Origin: a virus
DNA length: 64,000 nucleotides
IMG/VR virus record: IMGVR_UViG_3300018414_000007
Coordinates: 1 to 64,000 of that record
Strand: one strand, 5' to 3'
Each line of letters begins with the position of its first letter. The first letter of the stretch is position 1. The notes beneath the pieces were generated by a model. It was not told the DNA's origin, did not search any database, and worked only from the letters and a program-made list of their open reading frames with translations. Below are positions 10,649-21,621 of the stretch, one piece after another. The translations under genes and the position numbers were made by a program.

Positions 10649-11596
10649 TTAGATTTGAGCACCTAGAGTTTCAGTTGGAGCTGATTGGATCAGAGGAGCA
10701 ATAAGAGCATCCCATTGAGTAGTAGCACCAGTTGTTACTGCAACAATAGTTGTTACAGGAGCAGCAACTCTACCAACAGTTTCTAGACCACTTTCATGTG
10801 ACTGCAAGCTCTCTATAATGTAAACATCATAGTCAGTTCCAGGAACAGAAAGGTAGTTACCAGTTTCTACTGGGAACAACAGTCTGTTAGTTACACCTGT
10901 ATAACCAAGACCATACTGTTCTAAGGTTTTTACTTGATAGTAATTACCAGAACCAAATGCTGGAGCAGTAGTTAATGTAACAGTACCCCAAGAAGAGAAG
11001 TAACCATTAGTATCAACTGAACTAATTTCAGCATTAAAGAATACTTGATCATAATATTCACCAGCTAAGTTAACTGTATTAGCTACAGACTTAGCAGTCA
11101 ATACTACAGTACCAGCACTAGGATTTGTAGCAGTTACTACAGAAGCTGGATCAGCATTTACTTTATTGTAAAAAGCTGTAGCAATAGTAGTAGCTGTATC
11201 AGTAGAGCTAGCTAGAACAGTGTACCTACGGAGATTTTGTCTCATTGGTAGGATTTCTTTGTCTGAAACGTTATTTACTAAGAGTGAATACTCTTGATTA
11301 GCTACTGGAGTACCAGTAGTAATAGTAATAACTTGTTCAGTTTTGGCAGCATAAGCTTGCTTTGCAAAGGAAGTAATATCCTTGACTTTAATTGGATCAG
11401 AAAAGACAGGTTGTCCATTTTGATCTCCTACTACAATTTGGAAGGTATCTGACTGTGCAATTGTATTACCAGCAGAGTAAGCAGTACCATCTTTTTTGGT
11501 AACTACCCAAGTACCTGCAGTTAATGCAGAAACACCTGTTTGTGCAGCACCCCCAGTGTGTACTAGGACTTTGTAAACGCGATTTGTTACACCCAT
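10649..11596 (-). CDS. crAss-like auxiliary capsid/structural protein
   Basis: 315 aa, conserved position downstream of MCP and ring protein; FGSGNYYQVKTLE..G motif. Confidence 0.6.
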   Translation of the reverse strand: MGVTNRVYKVLVHTGGAAQTGVSALTAGTWVVTKKDGTAYSAGNTIAQSDTFQIVVGDQNGQPVFSDPIKVKDITSFAKQAYAAKTEQVITITTGTPVANQEYSLLVNNVSDKEILPMRQNLRRYTVLASSTDTATTIATAFYNKVNADPASVVTATNPSAGTVVLTAKSVANTVNLAGEYYDQVFFNAEISSVDTNGYFSSWGTVTLTTAPAFGSGNYYQVKTLEQYGLGYTGVTNRLLFPVETGNYLSVPGTDYDVYIIESLQSHESGLETVGRVAAPVTTIVAVTTGATTQWDALIAPLIQSAPTETLGAQI

Positions 11597-11622
11597 TAAG
11601 TTAAATTTTAATTGTTTTTATT

Positions 11623-12303
11623 TTATTCTATTTTTGTTTGTTCATTTAAATTAGATTGGTATCTTGCTGATTCTATATTCTCAAGAACCATTTCAATAGC
11701 CATATCTAATATCTCTTGATGTGTATGTGGTGCTAATTCACAGTTTACATCTGTTGTTGTACTTACATACTGGCTGCCATATTGCATTTTAGCCCATTGC
11801 CTTATATAAGTTAATATTGTACTTGTTACAGTAAAGTTACCATCTGTTTCATATACTATGTTATTTCCCATTACATAGTAGAGAGGATCATATGCTATAG
11901 GAGACCAAAAAGGATCTCTAAGCAATATATTCATTTCATCATTGTTAGTTTGTATTCCTGGTACTAACATAGGAGTAGTGCATCCAGGAAATGTTGTGTA
12001 ACATTGATGTCTCATTAGAAACAAGTAGTCACTTGGTAATGCACTATAAAATGTATTACCTGTTTGAGTTGGAGTAATTGGAGTAGACTCTACCACAATT
12101 ACCCTCAAATCATCCATTCTCTTTTGGGTCTGTTCAAACCCAGTCTTAAAGAAGTTGTTACCAAAAGCTCTAGATTTTACAAATCTTTCCTGTGCCTTAT
12201 TCAACCAGTAGTCAACTTGCTCAGGAAGCATATAAGGTAAACTGAAATCTAGCGTTTTGTCTAACTCTATATTAAAGTTATTGTGAAAATCCGCTATTGT
12301 CAT
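11623..12303 (-). CDS. crAss-like ring protein / head-tail adaptor
   Basis: DYWLNKAQERFVK..GFEQTQKRMDDLR..CELAPHTHQEILDMA pattern. Confidence 0.75.
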   Translation of the reverse strand: MTIADFHNNFNIELDKTLDFSLPYMLPEQVDYWLNKAQERFVKSRAFGNNFFKTGFEQTQKRMDDLRVIVVESTPITPTQTGNTFYSALPSDYLFLMRHQCYTTFPGCTTPMLVPGIQTNNDEMNILLRDPFWSPIAYDPLYYVMGNNIVYETDGNFTVTSTILTYIRQWAKMQYGSQYVSTTTDVNCELAPHTHQEILDMAIEMVLENIESARYQSNLNEQTKIE

Positions 12304-12306
12304 TTA

Positions 12307-13077
12307 TTACTTCTTTAACTTACTTATTTGTTCTGCAAACTCTATTTTGAGTGATTGATGTTTAGGATCTTCTAAGAATGTAATAGTACTTTCTTCATCA
12401 TGTCCTAAGAAATCTTCTCCATAGTAATATGCAGATTTGTTCTTTCTTAATATTTTGTTTGCTACTAGATCTTTCAAGAATACTTTCATATCAAGTTTCT
12501 TATCTCCAACTAAGTTCAAGAACTTCTCTGGATCTTTTTCTAGTAATTCAAATAATGTAGATTCTACTACATCTGGTTTTACACTTGTTAGATTTACATA
12601 TCCTGGATATAATTTCAAGATATCAATCATTTGATCAATGCTAAGTTTATTAAATTCAACTGTAGCTTTTCTCTTAACTGTAAACTCTTTATTCTTTTCT
12701 CTTGCTGCTTTTTCTTCATCAAAGATTACATATCTTGCATAAGGAAATAAACCCTTATCATATTCTTCTTGAGAGTTAGCAACTCTTTTATCAGCTAACA
12801 AGAACTTATATGCTAGTTCATGTTCTGGATTATCTAGATTAAGAACTTTATCTTTATCTGTCATAATCACTCTGTATTCATACCAGAATTTAGAAGCGGG
12901 TGATAAATCTTTCTGAAGTATTTTACCAAGTGCTTCAGCTTCATCTCTGGTTAGTCCCGTCACTATAGTTCCAGTACTATCATGCATTGGGCCTAGTGAA
13001 TCTTTTGTATTTTTAAATCTCATGAAACCATTCCATGTTGGTCTCTTAATTGGTTTGATTGTTATTAAATTTGACAT
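12307..13077 (-). CDS. conserved crAss-like capsid-module protein downstream of MCP
   Basis: Position, plus LNLDNPEHELAYKFL and YYYGEDFLG motifs. Confidence 0.65.
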   Translation of the reverse strand: MSNLITIKPIKRPTWNGFMRFKNTKDSLGPMHDSTGTIVTGLTRDEAEALGKILQKDLSPASKFWYEYRVIMTDKDKVLNLDNPEHELAYKFLLADKRVANSQEEYDKGLFPYARYVIFDEEKAAREKNKEFTVKRKATVEFNKLSIDQMIDILKLYPGYVNLTSVKPDVVESTLFELLEKDPEKFLNLVGDKKLDMKVFLKDLVANKILRKNKSAYYYGEDFLGHDEESTITFLEDPKHQSLKIEFAEQISKLKK

Positions 13078-13114
13078 AAAATTAATTAAATGTTACTTAT
13101 TATTTTTCGCTTTA

Positions 13115-13137
13115 ATAGGGGCATTTTAAGCCCCTAT
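13115..13137 (-). terminator. terminator after major capsid gene
   Basis: ATAGGGGC-loop-GCCCCTAT hairpin. Confidence 0.7.
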
Positions 13138-13151
13138 AATAAGTTATTTAA

Positions 13152-14594
13152 TTAGGTAGCACTGTATACCAACTCTCCACAAGATAGTGGGTTTTGGATC
13201 ATTATACCAGTCTCACATAAGAAGTGAACTGCATAACCATCAACAGTGTTAGATCTAATGTTGTTAATTGATTTAGAGTGTCCTTCTGGAGATACAGAAC
13301 CAGCTGTAGTCCACATTACATTCTCTCTATCTTTCTTTGCAACTTTCATAATGTTAGACTCACCATCATACATACCAAAGTCAATGAAAGTAGCTCTGTA
13401 TGATTCTTGCGGTCTACCAGTAATTGGATGCAACAACCTGTTATGGATTGGATCATCATACAAAGGCATGTGCATCAGAGTTACCTCTGTACCATTCAAA
13501 CCTTTATAAGTCATGAATTGACCACCCAAACCAAGCTCTTGTCCTGAACCAGTGATAAATTTAGTATCCTGAACAACAAAGTTTCTAGCACCTAAGCTTT
13601 CTTTCATTGCTCTATCAAATGCATCCATGAATCCTTCACCACACAATGCAACAAATTTACGCTGACCCATATCAATTACATTGTAAGATAAGTCCATCAG
13701 GAAGTCTCTTATAATGTTTTCAGTAAGAGTAGTATAGTTTCTTACGTTAGCTGGAGCAATTTGTTCCCTCAAACCAGAACCTATATATACAGGACGACCA
13801 GTTTCACCTTTCAAATCTACAGTACCATTTGGATTAGCATTGTATTGTGAATAGATATAAGCCCTTTCCTGCTCTCTATACCATTGTGCTAAGTGTGTCC
13901 ATACTTGAACATCTTCCCACATAAGAGATGTTTTACCAGTCTCTTTATCCTTCATTGCAATAACCATTACATCAGTTGCAGCAGAACCAGTAATTTCATA
14001 GCTCTTACGTTGCAAAGTCAAATGGTTTCTCATCTCAAAAGGTGTTACATAAGTAGTAATACCTGAACGAGCAGAACCTTCTTCAAAGGCACTAAAGTCC
14101 TTAGAGAATTCCTGTCCACCAGCCAATAAAGCAGGAGGAATAAATGCAGCCTTGTTTGGAGTGGTAAGTTTCAAAGTATAGCAAAAACCATCACCATCTT
14201 GAACTGGATCAGATACTACAATACATGGATAACTCCTATCATTAGGAATTAAGATTTCACCAGACACAAAGTCTTTTTCTGCCAATACTACTCGGAAGGT
14301 TTGACCATATAAACCAGGAGTAGAACCACCATCACCATAGTTCCTTACTACAGTTACTGGTCTTTCTAAGTCACCCATTAATCTCCACTGGTATTGACGG
14401 TTAGTAACTGTTCTAGTCCTAGCCAAACCACCTGTAAGGAGGGATAATGGATTACCATAATTTGTACCAAAGATAAATGATAGTGTGTTATTCACTATCT
14501 CTGGCTGGGTTAAGAAAGCAGTTGATAGACTATTTTGGTCTGTTAGTCCACTCCACTTCTTACCACGATAAAGCTGTAAGCCATTTACGTTCAT
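13152..14594 (-). CDS. major capsid protein (crAss-like HK97 fold)
   Basis: 480 aa; WSGLTDQNSL, MRNHLT..RK...TG, GSGLREQI, GGQFMTY..LNG, HPITGRPQES motifs. Confidence 0.92.
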   Translation of the reverse strand: MNVNGLQLYRGKKWSGLTDQNSLSTAFLTQPEIVNNTLSFIFGTNYGNPLSLLTGGLARTRTVTNRQYQWRLMGDLERPVTVVRNYGDGGSTPGLYGQTFRVVLAEKDFVSGEILIPNDRSYPCIVVSDPVQDGDGFCYTLKLTTPNKAAFIPPALLAGGQEFSKDFSAFEEGSARSGITTYVTPFEMRNHLTLQRKSYEITGSAATDVMVIAMKDKETGKTSLMWEDVQVWTHLAQWYREQERAYIYSQYNANPNGTVDLKGETGRPVYIGSGLREQIAPANVRNYTTLTENIIRDFLMDLSYNVIDMGQRKFVALCGEGFMDAFDRAMKESLGARNFVVQDTKFITGSGQELGLGGQFMTYKGLNGTEVTLMHMPLYDDPIHNRLLHPITGRPQESYRATFIDFGMYDGESNIMKVAKKDRENVMWTTAGSVSPEGHSKSINNIRSNTVDGYAVHFLCETGIMIQNPLSCGELVYSAT

Positions 14595-14627
14595 TAAGTT
14601 TTGTTATTTTAATTGTTAATTATTTAA

Positions 14628-15770
14628 TTATACTTGTTTTTGCATATTTTTAAACATCTTTTCAAAGGCTGAGAAATCACTAGAATTTCTTGGTACATCT
14701 GCTGTAGAACCTTTTACAGTTGTTTCAGTCTTAGAAAGAACAGTTTCTCTAATCTTTCTAGCTGCAGCGTTTTCTCCTTTTTTAGCAGCTTTAGCAAAAT
14801 CATACTTTTTAAATTTAAGATATGCTAACTCTACTTGTGTTTTATTTGGATTCTCTTGTAAGTCTTTTTGATATGCTGTTAAACCAGCTTTATCTCTTTT
14901 AAACAAGTAGTTCTCAAATGTTTTCTTTTCTGCTTCTGGAATTTCTAGTCCAGCTATTTCTTTAGACTCTTTGATTATTCTCTGTATATCAGATACATAC
15001 TCTTTAAGAGCTTTTTCTCTTTCTCTAACTTCAGCTTCTTGTTGTTTAAGCAAGATTTCAGTTTGTTTGCTTTGAATAGCTTCTAATTTCTTAACTGCTA
15101 CTTTAGCTTGTTTCTCTAACAATAAACTATCTTCATAGTCTTGTAAGATTTCTTTTATTTCCTCATTAGTGTAATCTTGAGATTTTAAATGTTCTCTGAT
15201 TAACATCTTCTGATTAGCCTCATCAGTAATATCAATATTAGTCAAATCAATTGGACCTGTTTGAGCTTCAATGAATCTTTTTGGGTCTCCACCATTCTCT
15301 AGATACTCTAGAAAACTTTTTGCTAACTCTGGTACTGATTCTTTATATTCTTCAATACCTTGTGATATTCTTTTATTAACTGTAGTTTCAAATGCTTCAA
15401 CTAAGTCTTCAGCACTATCACCTATTTCTGCATTCTCTGGTAAATCTAATACACCAGTCTCTGCCATAATTTCAATGAAGGGTTTAAAGGAGTACTCAAC
15501 CTCGTCTTCTTTCTTGACTTCAGTTTCTTCTTCTTTCTTTTCTTCTTTTTTCTCTTTTGTTTCTTTAGGAGATTCTTCCTCCTTTTCAACCTCTTCAAGT
15601 TCTTTCTTCAGATCTTCTAAGCTTTTTACAGCTGTCTCTGATTCTTCTTGTTCTTTCTTTAATTTTTCAATTGCAGTCTCTTGAGATTCTATTGTTTCTG
15701 CAGGAGTTTCAATTTCAAAATCCTTAAAAAAGTTTGCGTCTGTGTTTATTTTAATAAATTCGTTTGGCAT
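14628..15770 (-). CDS. acidic scaffold-like protein
   Basis: Highly acidic coiled coil directly upstream of MCP; EYLENGGDP motif. Confidence 0.7.
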   Translation of the reverse strand: MPNEFIKINTDANFFKDFEIETPAETIESQETAIEKLKKEQEESETAVKSLEDLKKELEEVEKEEESPKETKEKKEEKKEEETEVKKEDEVEYSFKPFIEIMAETGVLDLPENAEIGDSAEDLVEAFETTVNKRISQGIEEYKESVPELAKSFLEYLENGGDPKRFIEAQTGPIDLTNIDITDEANQKMLIREHLKSQDYTNEEIKEILQDYEDSLLLEKQAKVAVKKLEAIQSKQTEILLKQQEAEVREREKALKEYVSDIQRIIKESKEIAGLEIPEAEKKTFENYLFKRDKAGLTAYQKDLQENPNKTQVELAYLKFKKYDFAKAAKKGENAAARKIRETVLSKTETTVKGSTADVPRNSSDFSAFEKMFKNMQKQV

Positions 15771-15787
15771 AAATTCTTATTTGATTA

Positions 15788-15818
15788 CAAAATTAGTGTT
15801 AATTTTTTATATAATAAA
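15788..15818 (-). promoter_or_regulatory. Bacteroidota-type promoter for scaffold-MCP operon
   Basis: TTTA-N19-TAATTTTG on minus strand. Confidence 0.6.
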
Positions 15819-15860
15819 ATAGTTTATCAATTATGTTTACATTATTAATGTTCACTATAG

Positions 15861-16241
15861 CTATTTTAAGTTTGTTAGTTTATAAATTGTTTGATAGAGA
15901 TCTGCTGCAATATCATCTATGATAGCTTGAAACCCTTTTCCATTAATACAATCTCTATTAGTATCTATAAACTTTGCTAAAGAATTCAGATAAGATAAGC
16001 TATCTGTTTTCTTAGAACTAGGTATAGTTATATCCTGTATACCATATTTACCTTGGTATGCTTCTACTAACTTATCAGTATCTTTAAGTATATCTTTATA
16101 GAAGTCATCTAGTATAAGATGTTCAGCAAATGCTTTAGCAGCTAAGTGGCATAGATGAATTGTATCTCTAGCTTCAAATAGCTTTGCAAAGAACTCAGTA
16201 GGTCTTATACTATTTATCTTTAATTCTTGTTTTTCAGCCAT
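15861..16241 (-). CDS. ferritin/Dps-like four-helix protein (DUF5856-like)
   Basis: H..H....F.EH..L..FY.......D.LVE.YQG.YG and C-terminal YKLTNLK. Confidence 0.7.
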   Translation of the reverse strand: MAEKQELKINSIRPTEFFAKLFEARDTIHLCHLAAKAFAEHLILDDFYKDILKDTDKLVEAYQGKYGIQDITIPSSKKTDSLSYLNSLAKFIDTNRDCINGKGFQAIIDDIAADLYQTIYKLTNLK

Positions 16242-18634
16242 TACTTAGAACTTGGTTTAGGTCTCATCTTAGCTACTTGTTTAGTAGTCTCATTATTTTC
16301 TGCATTCATCTTATAATTAGTTAGAAGCTTTTGTTTTTCTAACTCTAATTTTTCTTTATCTAGATTAATCTTATCAGAATGTTTAGCCATATCTACAGCT
16401 AATTTCTGAGCTTCAAATACATCTGGAACTCCATTGTTATTAACATCTGGATTTTGGTCATACCCAATAGCTTGTATAGCTGCAACCTCTTTCTGGATTT
16501 CTCCTTTAAGAACCTCTCTTTGATCAAGTCTATCTTGTAGAGTATTCTGCATATCTTTCTGATTTTGTAAAGCTTCAGCTTGCATTTGTTGTTCATGCTG
16601 TTGTTCAGCTTGTTTATCTGCATCTGCTTTAGCTATTGCTTGGTCTATAATATTTTCTACTTGAGATACAGATTCAGAGAATATAATAGTAGCTGCTTCT
16701 TTAAGTGTAATCATACCAGAAGATATAGCTTGATTAGCAAGAGCTTTAAGATCTTGTAATGCTTTAACTTCTTTAGCACCATTAGTTACAAATACTCCAT
16801 AATCTGCATTAATAAAGTCTGAATCAATAGAAATTATATTTCTACCCATATCATCTAAGATATAGTTAATCTTCTTACCTTCTGGATATGCTACTTTAGC
16901 GCATTCAATAAGTTGTGTAAGAACGTTCTTTTTGACTTCATTATGTAAATAGAATAAAGGTTCAGTAACGTGAGAACTTTGTGTTACACTTCGTTCAACA
17001 CCTCCTACTGTTTCAGAGCTTGTAATAGCTCCTAACCTTTGTCTAGTAACTCCCATAAGTTCTGAAGCCATATCTTCTATCTTTTCTAAGATATGAATAT
17101 ATTGTCCTACAGATTGAGATAAAGTCATATCAACTCCAGCAAACTGATTAAAGTTTGATGTCTGTCCTTGGAATTTACCTTTACCTTCTTCAAATGAGTT
17201 TATGAATGCTATACCAGCTGTATCAAAGTAATACATCCATTTATCAATATCTATACCTTGTGATCTAGGAATTTGTGCAATATCCATAATCATCTTCTTA
17301 CCTTTAGCTTTAGCTATCTCAAGTTCCATTCTATACATGATGATGTTGTATAGATATTGGTGATGTTTAACTAAGTCTACTAAAGAAGTTGGTTGAGAGT
17401 TTCTACCATTAGATACTGCTCCTACAAATCCAAGTTTACAAAGACTAGGATTATCTATAGTTCTATATTGAATACTCTTAGGTCTAATTCTTGTATAAAT
17501 AGCTTGACCTATTTTAGTACCTTCCCATACTTCAGATATCCAAATCCATTCTACAGTTTCTCCATTTTCCTTTACAGGTTTATATGTTTCATCTACTATA
17601 GTTTCAGACTTCTCAAGTGTTTGTGGATCATAAGTAGTTAGATAACCTATTTTTCTCATAGACTTCCATTCTACTCTTGTAACTCTTACATAACCACTTC
17701 TATGAGTATTATCAAAGCTTGGTCTAGTATAAGAGATAGGAACAATAGGACCAGTAGCTGGACCCATAGGCATTCTAGTTTGACCTGCTACACCTGTTGT
17801 ACCACTGTCTATTGCAGTTATATCATCCTCTGATAGATCACTACCATAAGTATCTATAACTTCACTAGGAGTACAATACTTAGTATGAGCTCCCCATTGA
17901 GAGTCTTCAATAAAGTCTTTATCTGGGTTTTTATCATAATCAAAATCTAATGGATTAACTACTTCACAAATAGGTTCACCATTTTCAATACCAACATAGT
18001 AGAACTCTTCAGAAGTAATTAAACTATCTTTAAATCCTTTATTAAATTTATATTCTAGATTTTGTTGTTTTACAAGATATTCAGCTATTCTATTAGCTGT
18101 TACTTCTCTCATATCATTTAGAGAGTATGTAGAGTAATCCTGTAATTGTTTTGGAGTTTGTTGTTGAGGAGGATTAGGATTTTGTATATTAACTCCTTGT
18201 TGTTGTAACTGTCCTACTAGTTCTTGTTCTAAGAAGTCTAGTACTAGTTCTTTCTTTTTATCTTCTATCTGAGATACTGCATCTTCATTTACAGCAACTA
18301 CTCTAAAGTTAAAAGGACGCTTAATTTCTTCTCCTTCTAAAAGTTTTAGTTTAGGAGTAATGATATTATAGTTTTGTAACTTAGCTGGAAACTCTTCTTT
18401 TAATCCATATGGATTAGTAATGTATCTCCAGTCTTCAGGATCTATAATAGAGTTATATAAATCATAATTGATCTTTTTCTTTTGAAAAGAGTTATATCCT
18501 ACACTTAATGAGTGTGAAGTAGATAGTCCAATAATGAAGTCTACATTTTGCTTTCCCCACTCTTCATCCTTTTTTGATCTAGGAAGTTTCTGTCTTGGAA
18601 AGGAATATGGTAAATTATAATTTATATCTGACAT
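16241..18634 (-). CDS. portal protein
   Basis: 797 aa; PRQKLP..KKDEEW, NYNIITPK..LL.GEE.KRPF, EVWEGTKIG, GVTRQRLG motifs. Confidence 0.92.
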   Translation of the reverse strand: MSDINYNLPYSFPRQKLPRSKKDEEWGKQNVDFIIGLSTSHSLSVGYNSFQKKKINYDLYNSIIDPEDWRYITNPYGLKEEFPAKLQNYNIITPKLKLLEGEEIKRPFNFRVVAVNEDAVSQIEDKKKELVLDFLEQELVGQLQQQGVNIQNPNPPQQQTPKQLQDYSTYSLNDMREVTANRIAEYLVKQQNLEYKFNKGFKDSLITSEEFYYVGIENGEPICEVVNPLDFDYDKNPDKDFIEDSQWGAHTKYCTPSEVIDTYGSDLSEDDITAIDSGTTGVAGQTRMPMGPATGPIVPISYTRPSFDNTHRSGYVRVTRVEWKSMRKIGYLTTYDPQTLEKSETIVDETYKPVKENGETVEWIWISEVWEGTKIGQAIYTRIRPKSIQYRTIDNPSLCKLGFVGAVSNGRNSQPTSLVDLVKHHQYLYNIIMYRMELEIAKAKGKKMIMDIAQIPRSQGIDIDKWMYYFDTAGIAFINSFEEGKGKFQGQTSNFNQFAGVDMTLSQSVGQYIHILEKIEDMASELMGVTRQRLGAITSSETVGGVERSVTQSSHVTEPLFYLHNEVKKNVLTQLIECAKVAYPEGKKINYILDDMGRNIISIDSDFINADYGVFVTNGAKEVKALQDLKALANQAISSGMITLKEAATIIFSESVSQVENIIDQAIAKADADKQAEQQHEQQMQAEALQNQKDMQNTLQDRLDQREVLKGEIQKEVAAIQAIGYDQNPDVNNNGVPDVFEAQKLAVDMAKHSDKINLDKEKLELEKQKLLTNYKMNAENNETTKQVAKMRPKPSSK

Positions 18635-18652
18635 TAAGAAATAATAATTTTA

Positions 18653-18684
18653 CAAAATTAATCAATTTATTTTGAATTTCCAAA
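18653..18684 (-). promoter_or_regulatory. Bacteroidota-type promoter for portal
   Basis: TTTG-N20-TAATTTTG on minus strand. Confidence 0.8.
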
Positions 18685-20889
18685 TTAATAATATTGAGGC
18701 TTTCTATTTACAAATAATTGTCTAGTAAAAAAGTTATCAACTTCATCAACATCTAACTGAGGTTCTTCTACTTGGATCTTGTGCATTTCCAAATCTTGCA
18801 TCATTACAAGCATAAAAGCAATGACTCTATCAAAGTTACCATCTTTATTATAACCTATTAATTCTTTTAATAGAGGTATACTAGGTATCTTAGTTAATTG
18901 TAATTTCCCTGGTTCTAATTCAGTCTTTAACCAATCTCTAGTCATAATCTCTATAGCATCTTTTATTTGGTTAGTCATGTGAGTACCAAATACTCTATCT
19001 ACTTTAGTATTAGGAGATATAGACTTTATAATAGCAGGTTGTCTACAAAGTAAATGTAAACTATTCTTTGTTTCAAAATAAGCTTTAATTCCTGGAGTTT
19101 GATTTTCATACAATGCTTGTGCATTATAATACTCTAGTAATCTTCTACACTGTTCATAGAAATCACTAGCAAATTCTGGTCTACCAGTGTATTCAGCTAC
19201 AAGTGTATGATAAGTTTGGTCTGCATTAACAAATCTTTTATATATCATTATAGAACCCATAGAAGAAGAGCTATCAGCTTGATCTTGGTCTATACTATCT
19301 ATACCAGCTATATATGTACCATATTGAGGATTCTCAATAGGTTGTTCCCATATTACTACAGCTCCTCTAGGATCTTTAGAATACTTAGTAGGATAGTCAC
19401 AAGGAGTTAAATCATGGTCTACTTTAAACATAGCTTTACCATTTTCATCTCTTTGCATCCAACCAGTAGCACCTAATTCTTTTAATCTTCTATTAGATTC
19501 TATATTAGCTAGATGTTCTTTTAGTTCAGCTGTAGGGAATATATTACCTTGTTGTACTAAAAATGCTTCAGATGGAACTACTGGTCTATTCTGTAACTCA
19601 TCATATAGAGGTTGTTTACTTCTACCATTAGCTAGTTTAACTCTTTCATTCTCTAAGAACTTTCTAGCTTGAACTTCATCAGTAACTCCTTCATCATTCT
19701 TAAACTGATTAAGAGTTTTCCAAGCAGGTACAAAATAACCTATCTTACCTTTGTTTTCATACTCATCTTCAAATACTAAACAATCATAAGGTTCAGGATG
19801 GTAGAACACTTCTTTAACAGCTTCAGTACTACCTCCAGCCATATCACCACCTGTACCAAACATCCATATAGTACCAAACTTTTCTGAACCATTCATAGTA
19901 CATTCTTTTAATTGACCTAGAGCTAATAAGAGATTACCCATAAAACCAATCTCTTCTAAAGCTACAAATCCTGGTCTTGTTCCATTGGCAGCCATAGGAT
20001 TGTCTGCAAATGACCTATGATGAATCATAGACTTCGACCCTTTCTTTACCCAGTTATTACCTATCTTTTGATCATACTCAGCTACAACAGTTTTACCAGA
20101 TTCCCAAGAGCCTGAGAATTTCTTTAAGAAAGGAGCAGGATAATATCTATCACCTAACTCCATTCCACCAGTAAGATTCTCTAGTCCTAGTCTAACTTTC
20201 TTAAGTAAACCAGAACTATATTTAGTATCAATAGCTCCTACTAGAGTTTCACTCTTAGCTTCTTTTAAATCACTATAAGAGAATACTCCATCATGTAAGA
20301 AGTTCCAAGCTATAAGATTAGCTGCAAAGAAAGATTTACCACCACCTCTAGCTTCTATATCAACAACATTCTTAGCATTGTTATACATAAGAGGTCTACC
20401 AAGATCTTCTTTATGATTCCATCTTAAGTAGTCTCTAGCTTCAACATAATTAACTGGAACATATCTTTTAGGTAAACTACGAGCTTCTCCTAATCTAATA
20501 TCATCCCAAGGTTCTATCTGAATTTGTTTACATTCAAACTCATCATAGAATAACATTGTATCTTTTAATGACCTATCACAAGTATTGTAATGGTCATATT
20601 CAAAACCAGAGAAACCTCTAGCTTCCATAAAAAGATATCCTTTCTCCCATTCTAAATCTCTGAGGAAAGGATGATCTATTACCTTATTTTTACTATTCTT
20701 AGTTTTATTTAATTCTATCTTCCAATGGTTAATGTATTGATATACAGGTCCAGGCATATACTTACCACCAGACCAATAACCTTCAATACATCTCCTTCTC
20801 TCCTCTTTCCAGAAAGTTCTATAGTCTAAACTGAGAGGATTTAACTTCTCAATCTTTTGTTTGAAATTAGAATTAGATACATAACTCAT
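18685..20889 (-). CDS. terL: terminase large subunit
   Basis: FWKEERRRCIEGY, ARGGGKS Walker A, LEEIG Walker B, FGTGG, IAGIDS nuclease, GNFDRV. Confidence 0.93.
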   Translation of the reverse strand: MSYVSNSNFKQKIEKLNPLSLDYRTFWKEERRRCIEGYWSGGKYMPGPVYQYINHWKIELNKTKNSKNKVIDHPFLRDLEWEKGYLFMEARGFSGFEYDHYNTCDRSLKDTMLFYDEFECKQIQIEPWDDIRLGEARSLPKRYVPVNYVEARDYLRWNHKEDLGRPLMYNNAKNVVDIEARGGGKSFFAANLIAWNFLHDGVFSYSDLKEAKSETLVGAIDTKYSSGLLKKVRLGLENLTGGMELGDRYYPAPFLKKFSGSWESGKTVVAEYDQKIGNNWVKKGSKSMIHHRSFADNPMAANGTRPGFVALEEIGFMGNLLLALGQLKECTMNGSEKFGTIWMFGTGGDMAGGSTEAVKEVFYHPEPYDCLVFEDEYENKGKIGYFVPAWKTLNQFKNDEGVTDEVQARKFLENERVKLANGRSKQPLYDELQNRPVVPSEAFLVQQGNIFPTAELKEHLANIESNRRLKELGATGWMQRDENGKAMFKVDHDLTPCDYPTKYSKDPRGAVVIWEQPIENPQYGTYIAGIDSIDQDQADSSSSMGSIMIYKRFVNADQTYHTLVAEYTGRPEFASDFYEQCRRLLEYYNAQALYENQTPGIKAYFETKNSLHLLCRQPAIIKSISPNTKVDRVFGTHMTNQIKDAIEIMTRDWLKTELEPGKLQLTKIPSIPLLKELIGYNKDGNFDRVIAFMLVMMQDLEMHKIQVEEPQLDVDEVDNFFTRQLFVNRKPQYY

Positions 20890-21089
20890 TACTGTTTAAA
20901 ATAACCTGATGGTACATGGAGTGTTGTGACTATTTCTATATTACTATCATCTTCTTTATAGTACATACTAAGGTCTCCTTTTTCAGTATCATCTATAAAC
21001 TCTGTTTTAAAATTAGTAGGCATCTTATAATTAATATCTTCCTTTATAATTTGTACAAAGTCTTCTGGTAATTTTAGTTCTTTTTCCAT
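20889..21089 (-). CDS. hypothetical protein
   Basis: ORF track; start taken at MEKELKL. Confidence 0.45.
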   Translation of the reverse strand: MEKELKLPEDFVQIIKEDINYKMPTNFKTEFIDDTEKGDLSMYYKEDDSNIEIVTTLHVPSGYFKQ

Positions 21090-21090
21090 A

Positions 21091-21621
21091 TTATATATCT
21101 TCACTATCTGCAAGTGACAACTCATGTCCACCTTTAGTTGCACCTACATTCTTTTCTTTACTTAATTCTTCTTGTATAATTTTAAATGTCTTAAATATCT
21201 TTTCAGTACCTACAGACATTTTATCTATCTTATCAAAGTTATCTAAATCATATTCAGTATCTCTGAGGAACTTAGTTCTTTTATCTAGAGTTTCTAACCA
21301 CTGTCTTAAGTGTCTTTTAGCTGGAGTATCTACAAGTTTCATAATCATTTCTATAGCAGGATTAATCATCTTAAGATTCTTATTATAGAAATCTTTATCT
21401 TTAAGATAATCTTTACCTACTATAGAAACTCTTTCTTCTAGTTCTAAATTATAGAATCTAGAATCTAAATCAAAGCAAGCTACTATAAACCACATAACAT
21501 CAGATGACTTAGTTTTAAACTCTTTCTGTATAGTCTTAAACTCTTCAATCTTTTTAAACTCTGGATACATTTCCCAGAAGTTATACTCAGGATCTATAAT
21601 ATTAAATACTTTGTCTGTCAT
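21091..21621 (-). CDS. conserved protein upstream of TerL, possible terminase small subunit
   Basis: 176 aa helical protein; position; C-terminal KGG..LS. Confidence 0.45.
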   Translation of the reverse strand: MTDKVFNIIDPEYNFWEMYPEFKKIEEFKTIQKEFKTKSSDVMWFIVACFDLDSRFYNLELEERVSIVGKDYLKDKDFYNKNLKMINPAIEMIMKLVDTPAKRHLRQWLETLDKRTKFLRDTEYDLDNFDKIDKMSVGTEKIFKTFKIIQEELSKEKNVGATKGGHELSLADSEDI

